NCBI GenBank assembly: GCA_030704615.1
Contig: CM060732.1
Span: forward strand, 34,968,001 to 35,032,000
DNA from: Takakia lepidozioides
Lineage: Eukaryota > Plantae > Bryophyta
Direction: 5' to 3'
DNA: 64,000 nucleotides
Positions 36,701 through 48,809 of the stretch are shown here, in pieces (the stretch's first letter is position 1; the number at the start of each line of letters is the position of its first letter). The translations under genes and the position numbers were made by a program. A model generated the notes under the pieces. It did no database searches. It saw nothing but the letters and a program-made list of their open reading frames with translations, and was not told the origin of the DNA.

Positions 36701-37670
36701 ATGGTTACCGGCCAAGTGGAATGACTACATGACTAGACAAAGAATGGGTTGACCCCATCCGAGGAGAAGCCGAGGCGGACATGTCGTGGGTCCTCCAAGA
36801 GAAAAGGCCACATCTCTTCAGTATGCCTCCATGCTTGTGAATCTTGTGGCCCGCACACCTTTCCCAGGGGCTCCGATGCGAGGCGTGCCATCTCATCAGT
36901 TCTGCCAATGAGGGGCTTCGGTAGTGTGCCTGCAGTCGCGGGATGATTGGAAAGTAGTGCATTTTCTGGCACCATCCCCATGTCAGCCCCATATCATAAT
37001 CAGTGTCATTCATATTTCTAAGTAAAACCTTACGTCTTGTAGCGGTTGCAAAAAGGTAGAATGCAATATACAAGTGTATTGTGGCGCGGGTATACCTTGC
37101 GCGGGGCTTTCTTCCCTTGAACATCATCCCGATATCGGTCTTTGTTGCACTTTGGACACTTGGTGAGTTTCGCATCCTCTCCGTAGTACAGGTTTTATCA
37201 CATGGACATGCATGAAAAATCTTATAGCCCATCCCCACAGCATCCAAGGCTGCTCTTGCCTCTTTCTTGATCGTGGCATTCTCGGCTTCAAATGTGGGGC
37301 AAGGATGTAGTCCGCAATAGTCTGCATTATGGCGGACATACCCACATTGCTTATGCCAAACCGGATTTGCAAATTCAGCAACAAGAAGATGGTTGAAAGT
37401 CTACTCACTTTGGCCCCTGGGAGTTTTGGCTTCTTTATCCATGTCATTCAAAGAGTCCGTGTCCTCATCTACCATCTGATGCATTAAGAGGTCCTCCATT
37501 GCTGCCACATCCTCATGCATAATTCCATTGTTGTCCTCATCATCGGAGACCGCCATTTCAGACGGGGTCGGGTCCCTTTGATACGCACCCCCCTCCGAAG
37601 GAACAAAATCCCTTCATGACAAGATCATGAACTTCATGAATTAACGTCGTGGGGTTGTGGCCGGCATCCT
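33731..37670 (-). pseudogene. CACTA TnpD/Tnp2 transposase (Transposase_21, DUF4218, DUF4216 regions), spliced, frameshifted
   Basis: HACPCD, YFPIIPRLQ, VRLGFSSDGVNPF, YRKFLPMSHHWR, SIFYELSYW, GLKSHDYH, LEMHLPPSFFDIQVHLVVHL..GPVHSRWMYYLERYMKTLK..PEGSMAEGY, DEPF..QVFF. Several GT..AG introns and an acidic tail. Confidence 0.93.
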
Positions 37671-37982
37671 AAGATGCCAAAAACAACCATGTTATTATCA
37701 GTTTCCATACATGGCGTTGTTCATTATTATACAGGATAAAATCCAAAGTACACATTATACACACGAGGGGAATACATACATTGCTTCATCACATGAAGGA
37801 GACACTATATAATTCAAAATACCCAAATTCACATATAACGTCCACCCAAACTCCCTTGAATATAGCATAAAAATCTGCATTCAAATACATATCAATGCCT
37901 ATGTATATATATACACGGTGGAGGAAGCCACCTCAATGTACAAAATGTCTTCCTACGTCCATCTACACATGATGAAAGTCGG

Positions 37983-38504
37983 CTAACGCATAAAGTCATA
38001 CTCTGCAAACAACTCCTCTCCAGACCTAATAGTCCTCCTTGCACATGTCATCACAAAAGTGGTGATGTTAGGGTCCAATCTACTATCCCCGTCATGGCGC
38101 TCATCCCAAAACACGTTGGCGGTGTGGCCCGGTGGTAAGGTAACTGAACTGTTGATGAGCCCAGCCACGTTGCCATACACATCGGGGTTTCCGTCACAAT
38201 AAATATGGGCTTTGCGGCCCAAATTTCTCGCCCTTACATCATTGTCGTTCACAACAAGGATGTAAGGATGGATCGAGGACCCAAGGCCGTGTGTCTGCAA
38301 TAATTGCCACTCCCGGTGGGTGTCCCTTGGCCCAAAATAGGGGAACAAATCCACAGAATCCTCTCCTCCCCCCAAAACTACATCCTCCATCAATAAAAGT
38401 TTGCGACCCATACTAGGGTCCATTGCCTCCATCGCGCAATACATGCGACCCCAAAAAAGAAAGGGCTCACCCTCGGGATCAGAACTAGACAAGGCACAAG
38501 ACAT
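37983..38504 (-). CDS. SET-domain protein (lysine methyltransferase-like), C-terminal part of a longer gene running from ~39786
   Basis: MGRKLLLMEDV, LFPYFG, YCDG..GNVAGLINSS, ANV and CARRTIRSGEELFAEY match the SET signature motifs in order. The frame is open. Confidence 0.85.
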   Translation of the reverse strand: MSCALSSSDPEGEPFLFWGRMYCAMEAMDPSMGRKLLLMEDVVLGGGEDSVDLFPYFGPRDTHREWQLLQTHGLGSSIHPYILVVNDNDVRARNLGRKAHIYCDGNPDVYGNVAGLINSSVTLPPGHTANVFWDERHDGDSRLDPNITTFVMTCARRTIRSGEELFAEYDFMR

Positions 38505-39786
38505 TGGTAGAAATGGGGTTGGACTCCCATCGTGAATAGCTCCCTAGCACCACGATGACGTATGGTGCCGTCATCAGGCTGGCGAAGGCGCGGACCAACC
38601 GTGCGAAACAACTTTGGTCCACCTCTCCTAGGGGGCGGCGCCCGTCCATCACTTCAGGGGCCCTTCTCCCGGAGTGGGAACCTAGTGATCCATCGGTCCC
38701 AGTCATACACAGTCCCCAAAGGTGGTGGGATCCATCCGGGTTCAACCGGAGGACCCGGATACGGACTCGGTGGCGGCTGTGGTCTCGGCAATGGAGGGGA
38801 AGGGACACGTAGGTTGGTATGAGGGATCTCGCGTGGAGGTAGTACTAGCCGAGATGGCCGGGATGGCGATGGTGATGAGGAAAGAACATGTACAATAGGA
38901 GGAACGGACGATGCGGATGATGGTGATGATGGGGGTGCCGATGTCGAGGATGTCGAACTCGGACTCGGTGGCGGCTGTGGTCTCGGCAATGGAGGGGAAG
39001 GGACACGTAGCCGGTCGGTATGAGGGACCTCGGATGGCAATGGTGATGAGGAAAGACCATCTACAATAGGAGGAGCGGATGATGCGGATGATGGTGATGA
39101 TGGGGGTGCCGATATCGATGATGACGAATGTGTGTGCGTAGGTGACAAGCGCCTAGCCCGGTGCCCAAAAATAGAAAAACACGCATTGTACCCCGCTACC
39201 TCACAAACTGCATCTACGTCATGTTGCGAGAAAAAATGTTCACATCCGGAACGGGGTGGGGCTTGTAAGAAGGAAGAAACCCGCATCGGTATGCCTCTTC
39301 AGCAAAAACATTACGAGCTTGGACATCAAGACGGGCTGCAAGATGCATGATATGAAATGCATCAATACTCAATTCACAAACGCGAGGTTTCATTAGATAT
39401 AGTACTTTTAATTGAGGAGTACGTGAGAAGATATATGGACGACTTACCTTTGCTGCATCAGCAATCTCGTACTTGGCGTAATGTTTTTGCACAACATGGG
39501 GTCGTCGCATCATCGGTGTGGTCCTCCCAACCGGTAGTCGTGCCCAATACCAACTGCACCAACACTCAATCTTGGGGAGGCGGTCCCGGCAGGGTCTCCC
39601 CGGGGCTCGTGCCTCTTGGACTTGGCGGCCTACGACCTCGGGTGGTGGCCGTGGGGGCAAAGTTGTGCGGACATGGCGATGCCGCCTAACTCGTAGACGA
39701 GGCGAACGTGTTGTCTCGCCCTCAACAGGTGGTTGTGGCACAGCCGGCAACGAATCCTCAAGCGTGACACGTCGATAAACACGCAC
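38505..39786 (-). pseudogene. Upstream exons of the SET/transposase transcript: Cys/His motif and duplicated Pro/Ser-rich linker
   Basis: IECWCSW..VVQKHYAKY followed by an AAG/GTAAGT donor at ~39448. A ~190-bp duplication (38763-38950 and 38960-39120) encodes SPPLPRPQPPPSP twice. Confidence 0.5.
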
Positions 39787-39879
39787 CTAGCACGAGAGAG
39801 AGGTAGAGTACCGTATTGTGACCCACTGTAACCTCCGGAGGAGTACACTCACTCCCAACCCTTGGAAAACTTGAAAAAA

Positions 39880-40045
39880 AAAACCCTACAAACGTAAAGC
39901 CATATGTCCCACCCCACAAAAAAACAAAACCCTAAAAACAAAACTATATTGCACCTAATCCTAAACTAACTATATTATAACTAACCCTAAACTAAACTAT
40001 GAAACTAAACCCTAAACTAAACTATGTAACCCTTAAAACCCTAAG
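39880..40045. repeat. Cluster of telo-box / degenerate plant telomere motifs (AAACCCTA)
   Basis: (A)AACCCTA at ~39881, 39927, 39983, 40007 and 40037. Confidence 0.6.
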
Positions 40046-42361
40046 AGCCAAAGACCCAACAACCCAAATGATCCTTGCAAAACCCCATAACCCAAAAAAC
40101 CAAATTAAAAAAAAAAAAATGAGAGGCCTCTTCAATTCACCTCTGCGCCAGATCTGCGACCTCCCTGCGACTCCCGTGCGACGTCCCCCTGAGGCAGCGA
40201 CGCTCATGCAATTCCCCAACGTCGCAGAGGATCCTTCTCTTGCCGAGGTGGCCGCCCTTCTCTCCCCTTCTCTCTCCCCTTCGCGAAGGCGCCTGATCGC
40301 CGCCGAGGTTTTCTGGTGGGGTCGCCACACTGGCGCGCCGTGGAGAGCACATCTCTGAGTGGAAAGATGAAGAGCACGGAGTAAGAGAAGTGACGATCTG
40401 TTGTTACTTCGACCATACTGGGGACCTGAGTCATGAAAAAGCAGATGTGACAGCATCTGGTGGGATCATGGTGGTTGGACCATTAAGAATTTGAAGTGAA
40501 TCAAATTCCATGTGGAACGAAGGAAGAAAGATTGTCCAACAATTCTTTCAAAGGTTCTTGGAATTGCCAGACGGTTGTAAAGAAAATATTCTTAAGCGAG
40601 TGCATGATGCTGATCCAGAATGGGGTCTGGAGAAAGGAGTGATAAAGATTTATCAGGTAGCCTGTAGAGGAAGAGCACGTTGGTTACCAACATTGGTTTA
40701 TGTGATAGCATTGCTATCCATTAAGCGAGTAGAGTTTGAAGGCTGGGAAGAAAGAAAGGTGAATGTTTATACTCATATGCATGAAGAGCTTGTACTGGTA
40801 AAGAATTGGATCCAAAGGATATTTGTGGATCAAACTCACACCAAGAACAGCTTTTCAGACTTGTTGCCATATGGTTATGGTAACGGAGACTTCAAGTATA
40901 GCCAAGGGTGCATTGAAGCTTGAAAGAAACCCAGGCATATCGAAGATATTACAGAAGGAGTTTTGGTTATTGCCACATTAAAAGAAATGAAAGACATGGG
41001 ACATGAGTGATGAAAGAGAAGCTAGACGCCAGAGATATTCAGCAAAAAGAGAAAGCTATCTGAAAGCTAATTATCCATATCTATGGAGAGAGGAAAGACA
41101 TAGGGGAATCATCTGGACCTCTCACACATTAAGATCAAAGAGTACATCACGTATACCGGAAGAACTAGAGTTGGATGCCACTCCTTCTGTTTCTTTGCAA
41201 GAAAGATTAGGGAATTGGTACAGGAAGAAGATCAATCACGAGGTGAAAGATCTGAGGTACATCCTTGGATAAAAGATTGACAGAAATCTTTGATAAGAGT
41301 TGGCATGGAACACCAAAAGCAGGAACTCCAGTTTTTTGAAGCAGAAGGTGAAGAAGGAGAAGAGGATGTGGCAGAGCCAACGGAGAGTTCAGACTCTCCA
41401 ACACCATTACAGTTGAGTTACATGAGTGAAGAAGACCCCAAGGGCAGAACTTGGAGATGAAAACAGAGAGAAGAAATTGGAAGAGGAAGAATATGAAGAA
41501 TAGAGACCCAACAGCTGAGGTTGAGACTACAACCAGGACATCCAACCACCCGTTGGACCTGGATCAAGTGGAGCACTTGGATCACAGGCCAACGAAGGTG
41601 TCGGCTTAGGGGGATCAGGCGGGCTGCCTGGATCTGGCTCTGGGGGGAACAGGGAGTGTGGGAAGTAGTGCAAACTGAAGCTGGGAATACTGTGAATATC
41701 GTGGGGCCAGAAGCAGGGAGTGCTCCAAGGGCCACCACTTGGTGAAGATCCACCACACAAAAAACACAGGTCCAGAAGGACCAGCACCAGCAAGGGTGCC
41801 AGCACCTGTCAGTGGGCAGAGGTAGGGCCACAGATGGCGTTACAACCAACACGGGCAAAACCACCCTTTCCAATATATTCAGGAAAAGGGATCCCGATGT
41901 ACACATTAGCCAATTTGAGCACATGTGCATAGTGAACAATGAGAATGGCGATGATGCCAAGATGAGACTGTTTCCTTGTTCACTTATCAAGAAAGCACGT
42001 GAATGGTATGCAAGATTCCCTGATAATCATTTCCTAACCTGGAATGGCTTGAATACAACATTTTGAAATAGGTTCAGGACAAGTAAAACTGAGGATGAAG
42101 TGTATGGAAGTTTACAACAGCTGAAGCAGAAGAAGCATGAAACTGTTAAAGAGTATATGGAGAAGATGGAATTGATGATGAAAAGCTGGCTGCAGTACCA
42201 GCACCCGGTTTACAAAAGACTTGGTTTGTGAGTGGACTAAGACCAGAGTTGCAAAGAAAGTGGATATGTTACCACCCATAATACAGTGGAGGAGGCATTT
42301 GAAACTGCAAACAGAATTGAGCAATTGGGAATGCTCAGGAGAGAGAAAAAGGAAGATGAGG

Positions 42362-43448
42362 TGTAGTGTGAATGCAGGGGAGTGAACACTACATATGTTT
42401 ACCATTACGACCTACATCACTATGACGGGAGTGCCCGTCATCCCAACTGCAGAAAGGATGTATCCCTTCATGTAGGTAATTTCATGAGCGCACTGAGCTT
42501 ATGCTTTGCTAGGAGAAAATGGCTAAGTCATGAATGACGTACACATTTTCATCCATGCGATGAACGTTTTCCATCACTGGTTCTTGACCTAAAAGATCGC
42601 GGGTTGAGAAAAACGAAGAGGAAGATGACGGATGGCTCATAGCGGCTGTTGCAAGCAGTGGTGTCGGCAGGGCAGCCTGTGTTAGGAGGTTGTACCTGCG
42701 CGGTGGGATCTTGCTTGGCTTAGGAAGCGGCATTAAGACGCCTCTGCTTGGTATTCTGTGTAGAAAGAAGCGGTGCCGCCCCCCCCCTCTCGTAGTGATG
42801 ATCAATTCCAAGAGATAGAAGCATGTAAGGAAAGCGGCGCACCACCACTGCCGCCAGTGCCTTGAAGATGATAGTTATGGGCAGATGAGCAAGCAAGGAA
42901 AAGGCCAGCTGCTGAAAGCACAGGGAAGAGATCTGGGCACAATCAATGGGGGGAGGTACAGCATGTGGAGTGTTGGCTTTATGGTAGCTCAGGTTCTCTG
43001 TCATTAAGCTTCTAGCTGCTTTGTGTCTCCTTTTGTTTCTAGGACCAGGCCAATTCGAGGAAGAAATTGCATAGCGTAATCTGGTGTTCAGGCCACAGGA
43101 TGGTCCAAGTGAAGAAGGGGAGCCATCATGGCGTCATAAGGTCTGGAATCAAGACAATAGAAAGGGTTGAAGTGGCTGCTGACGGGCGCATGGAAGGTGC
43201 CACTTGACATGCAGACCCGCCGCTTCACTAGTGGATAAAAACAATAAGTCTATGAACAGAGGCTTCTTTTTTTGAAATTGCTTTGGTAGATTTATGACTA
43301 CCATCTTGGCAGAAGAGAAGCGGTGAGACATGTGCACAAAAAAAGTTTTTGAAATGGGAATGGAGAACTCCGGACTTCAGACCAAAAACGGGAAAGGATG
43401 GATGCACTGATGTTGTGATGACAGTGAGAGAATAAGTGAGAGAGAGAG

Positions 43449-43479
<31 letters not shown>

Positions 43480-44566
43480 CCTGTTCGTCACGGATTCAGA
43501 ATGGTCACTGTTGTCTTCCATTCTTGCATTCTGATTCAGTGTCATAACCTGGACACCATGCTGCCGTGTGTAGTGATAACCTGGACCAATGTAGATCTGG
43601 CTTGTTTGTTTGGAGAGATCAATGATGGTTAGCTGGAGCTGCAAAAAAAACCATGGAAAAGGATAAGGTGATTTCTTATGGGATCAGGATCTGAACAACT
43701 GCGTTCCCACAGTTGAAGGGAAAAGAGGGATGTTGGGGTATTTGGGTTGAAGTCTGACAAAGAATGAGAGCTGTTGAGCGATGGGTCATTGGAAAAAGGG
43801 ACAAGAGAGAGAGAAAGAGAGAGAGACAGATGGATGGGATGGTTGTGTCTTGAGAGACCGAGGATGACTTCAAGGCTGGCCCGCACTGGATGCCCTAGCA
43901 GAGTGTGCATTCACATTACATGACAGATCTGCTGCTGTGAAATAGTGGGGAACCTGGTGACATAGACAGAGATAGTTGAAACAGACAATAAAGGGAAAGA
44001 AAGAGAGAGAGTGAAAAATGGGATATTGGGTAAGGAAGAGCTGCAATTCAAAAGGGCTGTGGGGGGTTGGCCATTTTGGGGAGATGAGATGAAGAAAACC
44101 TGAACCTGAAAGAACCAGTGCCCCTGCAGACCATGAAGATCTTAGCTGCCCTCCTCCTAATCTGTGTCACCACTCAAAAAGGGGATTTCCGACCTGTCAC
44201 TGCTCCTGCTGCTCAAGTGGGCTCACATAAGGATCGTTTTACCCGCTGCCATTGGGCTGATTGCATCAACTGATCTCGCACCAGCTAGCTGGTGTGTCCT
44301 GCGGTAGGGGATGTTTGTGTAAAAGGTAGAACCAAGAGTGAACAACAAATGACTATCCCATCCATGTCTTCCCCTTCCCCGCTTCGGCGTGGATTGAGGA
44401 TTGCTTGAACTCTGATCACGAAGGAGCTGAGGGAAAACCCACAGCCAAGTGACGACATTGGACCAGATTGAAAAGAACGCTTCTTTCCTTTTGCTCCGCA
44501 ACCAATGAGGGGAGCACAATTAGGATTATACAGAATTGGATTCACGCCCCTTCTTTTCACACTACA
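42362..44566 (+). mobile_element. 2.2-kb TGT...ACA element with ~26-bp imperfect TIR and 4-bp TSD (GAGG), inserted in gag
   Basis: Left end TGTAGTGTGAATGCAGGGGAGTGAA. Right end reverse-complements to TGTAGTGTGAAAAGAAGGGGCGTGAA. GAGG on both sides. The empty site GATGAGGACTC is present in the minus copy near 57730. Confidence 0.9.
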
Positions 44567-46410
44567 GAGGGACTCTGAGGATGAGTCAGATGAAGAAGAA
44601 GAGCAGAACTAAAAAGAAAGAGTAAGAGAAAGGAGAAGTTGAAGAGGGATAACTATGAAAAAAATTTGAAGAAATCTTGAAGAGTATGCCACGAGGCTGC
44701 ACACAATTGGAGGAAGGGTGTATGGTGTGCAAAGTGCCAGAATGAAGGCCATACCACCACAGAATGCCACATGAAGGAGAAACACTGTACTATCTGTAAA
44801 ATGGATAACCATTCTCTGCTAATATGTTACTACAACAGAAGGACAGCTGCAAGAGAACCTAGGCAAGTAAGGTCATCGGTTCAGCCCCAGCCGAGAAGAA
44901 ACCTGATCAGACCACTTGTAGGTCTGGTGGTTATAACAATGGCATGAAGGGGAGGAGGTAATTCAAGAGGGAATTACCAAGGAAATTCCAGCGGCAACTA
45001 TCAGGGTAATCCAAGGGGGAATTACCAGCCCGGAATCAGGATTATAGAAATAATCCAAGAACCACTCAAGGGCGAGGACCAAATGGTGAAGAGCTATGTT
45101 ACTATGGTAATCAGCCAGGACATCGCAAGGCGGCCTATTCATTCTGGATAGACACCAGAATGAGATGAGAGCTCCTGTGATGAAGGGCCCAGTGGTGGCA
45201 GCTCACATGGTTAGGCCATGTGTTTGTACCAGAAGTAAGTACAAGATAGTAAACAAGAAAGTAAAAGCCAACAATACCTCTCCAGTAGAAGAGGAAGGAT
45301 GATAATGGAAAGTGGCAATGATACGCCTGAAGATTAGAGACTTTGAAATATGAGAAGGACACTGCACAAGAGTGGCAGACACTATAAGGGAAAATGCAAA
45401 AGAGTACGGATATTCCTGTGGCAGATTCCTCTGATTCTGATGGAGAAGAGAAGGGAGTGAGGAAGAAAGGAAGAAAGAAGATGCAGACATGCAAGTCATG
45501 AAGAGACTTTGGCTTGAAGTAATATGCAGACCAAAGCAGAAATTACCATTGACCCGCTATTCGCTGTGGCACTTATTGTAGCCCAGGCTTATCACGCAAT
45601 CAATCGAATTGCCCAAGAGACAGGAACACAGACTGAACAGCAATGTGACCAGTTATAATGTAAGCCGGAAGGGCCTAGAACAGTCCTGGTACTTTGATGG
45701 ATCTATGCCAGAATCCAATTGAGAATTGGAAGCACATAACTACTGATGTCTGATAGATGGTGGTTTCTGGAGTAATATCATGGACAGACCACTTAGGAAG
45801 AAGCTTGGTCTAACTAACATGAAACCACCCCATTTACCTAAACAATGGCATATCAAGAAGTGTTCAGCATTGGGATTAATAAGAGGAGTTAAGATACATA
45901 TACAGAAGATGATCTTTATGATCATATTAACTTTGTTGAAAAAATGGGATGAAGTCATGAGGCTTACTCCTTATTATTGGACGCCGTGGCTGAAAACAGG
46001 CCAGGGTATTCCATGACTGGAATTCCTCAGTTACTAACCGTGCATAATGGGATCACGAGATACCAATTACCACAAAGAAATCTAGTAGATACCTGCTACA
46101 AAGAGACCTCGAGGAGTCAGAGAGTAAGGAACTTACAGGAGGACTGGATGATGAGCAAGGAAGCACCCTTATTTGCTCCTGCAACACCAGAGTTGGAGCA
46201 GGTTTGGCGAGATGCGGCTGAAAGCCTAAGTTTGTTTGAGCGGTATCTGCTGTGGTTTAGTGACAGCAACACCAATGAAGAGAACCAGCATTTAACCATC
46301 ACATTTCTAATGAAGAAAGAGAAGAGAAATAGAATCCTAGAAGACAACCAGCCACTGTTAGCTTACAGGATTAAGTTGTGACTGTTTGACAATCACAGCT
46401 GATGAGCGGT

Positions 46411-46910
46411 NNNNNNNNNNNNNNNNNNNNNNNNNNNNNNNNNNNNNNNNNNNNNNNNNNNNNNNNNNNNNNNNNNNNNNNNNNNNNNNNNNNNNNNNNN
46501 NNNNNNNNNNNNNNNNNNNNNNNNNNNNNNNNNNNNNNNNNNNNNNNNNNNNNNNNNNNNNNNNNNNNNNNNNNNNNNNNNNNNNNNNNNNNNNNNNNNN
46601 NNNNNNNNNNNNNNNNNNNNNNNNNNNNNNNNNNNNNNNNNNNNNNNNNNNNNNNNNNNNNNNNNNNNNNNNNNNNNNNNNNNNNNNNNNNNNNNNNNNN
46701 NNNNNNNNNNNNNNNNNNNNNNNNNNNNNNNNNNNNNNNNNNNNNNNNNNNNNNNNNNNNNNNNNNNNNNNNNNNNNNNNNNNNNNNNNNNNNNNNNNNN
46801 NNNNNNNNNNNNNNNNNNNNNNNNNNNNNNNNNNNNNNNNNNNNNNNNNNNNNNNNNNNNNNNNNNNNNNNNNNNNNNNNNNNNNNNNNNNNNNNNNNNN
46901 NNNNNNNNNN
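46411..46910. other. Assembly gap (500 N)
   Basis: Run of N. The flanks correspond to positions ~1.7 kb apart in the minus copy. Confidence 1.
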
Positions 46911-48109
46911 GTTCATAAAGGAGTGCTGTGAGGTCATTTGGAGAAGAGGACTCCAGTAGAAGAAAGATACTACTCGCAGGATACTGGGGGGGCTACTTTG
47001 TTCAAAGATGTACATGAGTATTGTCAGAAGTGATGAATGTCAGAGGCTAGGACCTTTGCAGAGATCTGGAAGAAGGCCTTGCATCCTACAATGCCTACGG
47101 AACATTTCAGAAATGGGGACTAGACTTTGTTGGACCAATTAATCCCCACCATCCAAGAATACACAAAACCGGTACATAATTACGCCACTGATTATACTAC
47201 AAAGTGGGGTGGAAGCTAAAGCTTTGAGGGACAACACAGCCAAGTCAACAGCAAGGTTCCTGTACGAGAACATACTTACACGATTTGGAGGTCCCTTAGA
47301 ATTTATCAGTGATCAGGGAAGTCACTTCATGAATGATGGACATTGAGTTATTGACTAAGAGGTTATGAGTGTTGCATAGAAAGAGTACAACATATTACCA
47401 CAGGGTAATGGACAGGCAGAGGCTACCAACAAAATACTATGTACTATCTTGGCTAAGATAGTCAATGCAAACAGAACGGATTGGGATACAAAGCTGCTGA
47501 CAGCTTTGTGGTCATACAGGACTTCATATAAGTCACCACAAAGTATACACCATTCCAATTAGTTTATGGTATGGAAGCCTTACTTCCAGTGGAATTCCTG
47601 TTACATACCATGAGAACGGCGTGGGGAAAAAGAATGGAATGCAAGACTCCATCAAGGTCAGGAAACATGAATTATAATGTGGAAAGAAGTACGTGCTGAT
47701 GCAGCTGATAATATGACCAGAATCAGATGAAGCGAAAGGAACAGTTTGATGAAGGCAAGTTAAAGACTTTTAAGAAGGGGGATTTGGTTCTATGGTTGCA
47801 GAAGAAAGGAAAGATTCAAGCTTCTAAGCTTAAATCACCATGGAAAGGACCTTATGTCATACAAAAGATGTATGATAACAACACAGCCATGTTACAAAAC
47901 CAAACAAAGAAATGCTGGAAGAGTCAATGCAAATAAGTTGAAAGGGGTACAGTGGTATCCATGACAAACCCCTGCAGCATGATTTGCATGTTGAACCGCA
48001 AGAGCAGTCACGTTTTTCTGTTTGGGGGGACTGCCACCAGTTGTTAAGAAAGGAGATGGAAACACTGTCGCTAGGCCCAGTATTATGTACAGGGGGTGGG
48101 CAAAACAAA

Positions 48110-48297
48110 CGTGACACAGCATTATCAAGCCCATCACGGCGTGACACAGCCTATCACAGCCCATACGGCGTGACACAGCCTATCACAGCCCATCACGGCC
48201 GCGTGACACAGCCTATCACAGCTAACCACCAGTGCCAACACAGCCTATCACAGCGTACACAGTATGACACAGCCTGTCACAGCTCAACACAGCCTAC
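48110..48297 (+). repeat. GTGACACAGCCTATCACAGCCCATCACGGC tandem repeat after pol
   Basis: About 6 imperfect ~30-bp units with a CACAGCC core also seen in the LTR. Confidence 0.85.
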
Positions 48298-48809
48298 TAA
48301 AGTACACGATCCATAGAATCAGTGACAAGTGGACACATAAAAACTTCAGGAAAATGGCTGAAGGAAGAAGAAACGGAAATTACTTAAAAATAGACACGTG
48401 GAGGTCAGGGTGCGACACACAGCAGAGAATGAAGTGCAAGGACAGGTGTCAAAAAAGAAAGAGGACAAGAACGGCCGTCAAAAGGGATGAAAGGCGGGCC
48501 CATTAATGAATACGGAAAAAAGGAAACAGAACGAACGGCAAGTACACAGAAAAACTGAATTCATGTCGCATGTGTGATCCTAGTGGACTATCCAACAGGG
48601 AAAGTCCACTAAAGAAGATAAAAGTTAAAATCCAGTCACAGCGGATACAGCCAATAGAAAACCAGAGAAATGATCAAGAAAATGGAGGAAATTGAGCGCA
48701 AGAGGCGGCGTAGTGAGTAACGGGCGTCTCGACAGGACAGGCCATAAATGCTATAACTTGGAAACTATGGAGGAACTAACGACTATACGCTCGCAATATT
48801 ACTTACGCA

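Larger units (their letters stand above)
32404..40360 (-). mobile_element. CACTA/EnSpm DNA transposon (right-hand TIR missing)
   Basis: Starts CACTACTACG at 32404. TGCGAC/GTCGCA subterminal repeats at 32420-32640, 33055-33140 and 40140-40330. Encloses a TnpD-like transposase. Confidence 0.85.
40450..47963 (+). pseudogene. gag-pol: ORF1-gag-pol of the plus copy, heavily frameshifted, RT/RH lost in the gap
   Basis: Matches 53648-59650 in reverse complement. Adds the integrase C-terminus (GNGQAEATNK; FKKGDLVL..KLKSPWKGPY, GPY/F motif). No chromodomain. Confidence 0.9.

Noticed and set aside
39880-40045. Interstitial telomere or chromosome-fusion scar
   Set aside because: The motifs are dispersed and degenerate within the CACTA 5' region, which fits telo-boxes better.
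46371-47015. ORFs of 181-214 aa
   Set aside because: Artefacts of translating the N gap.
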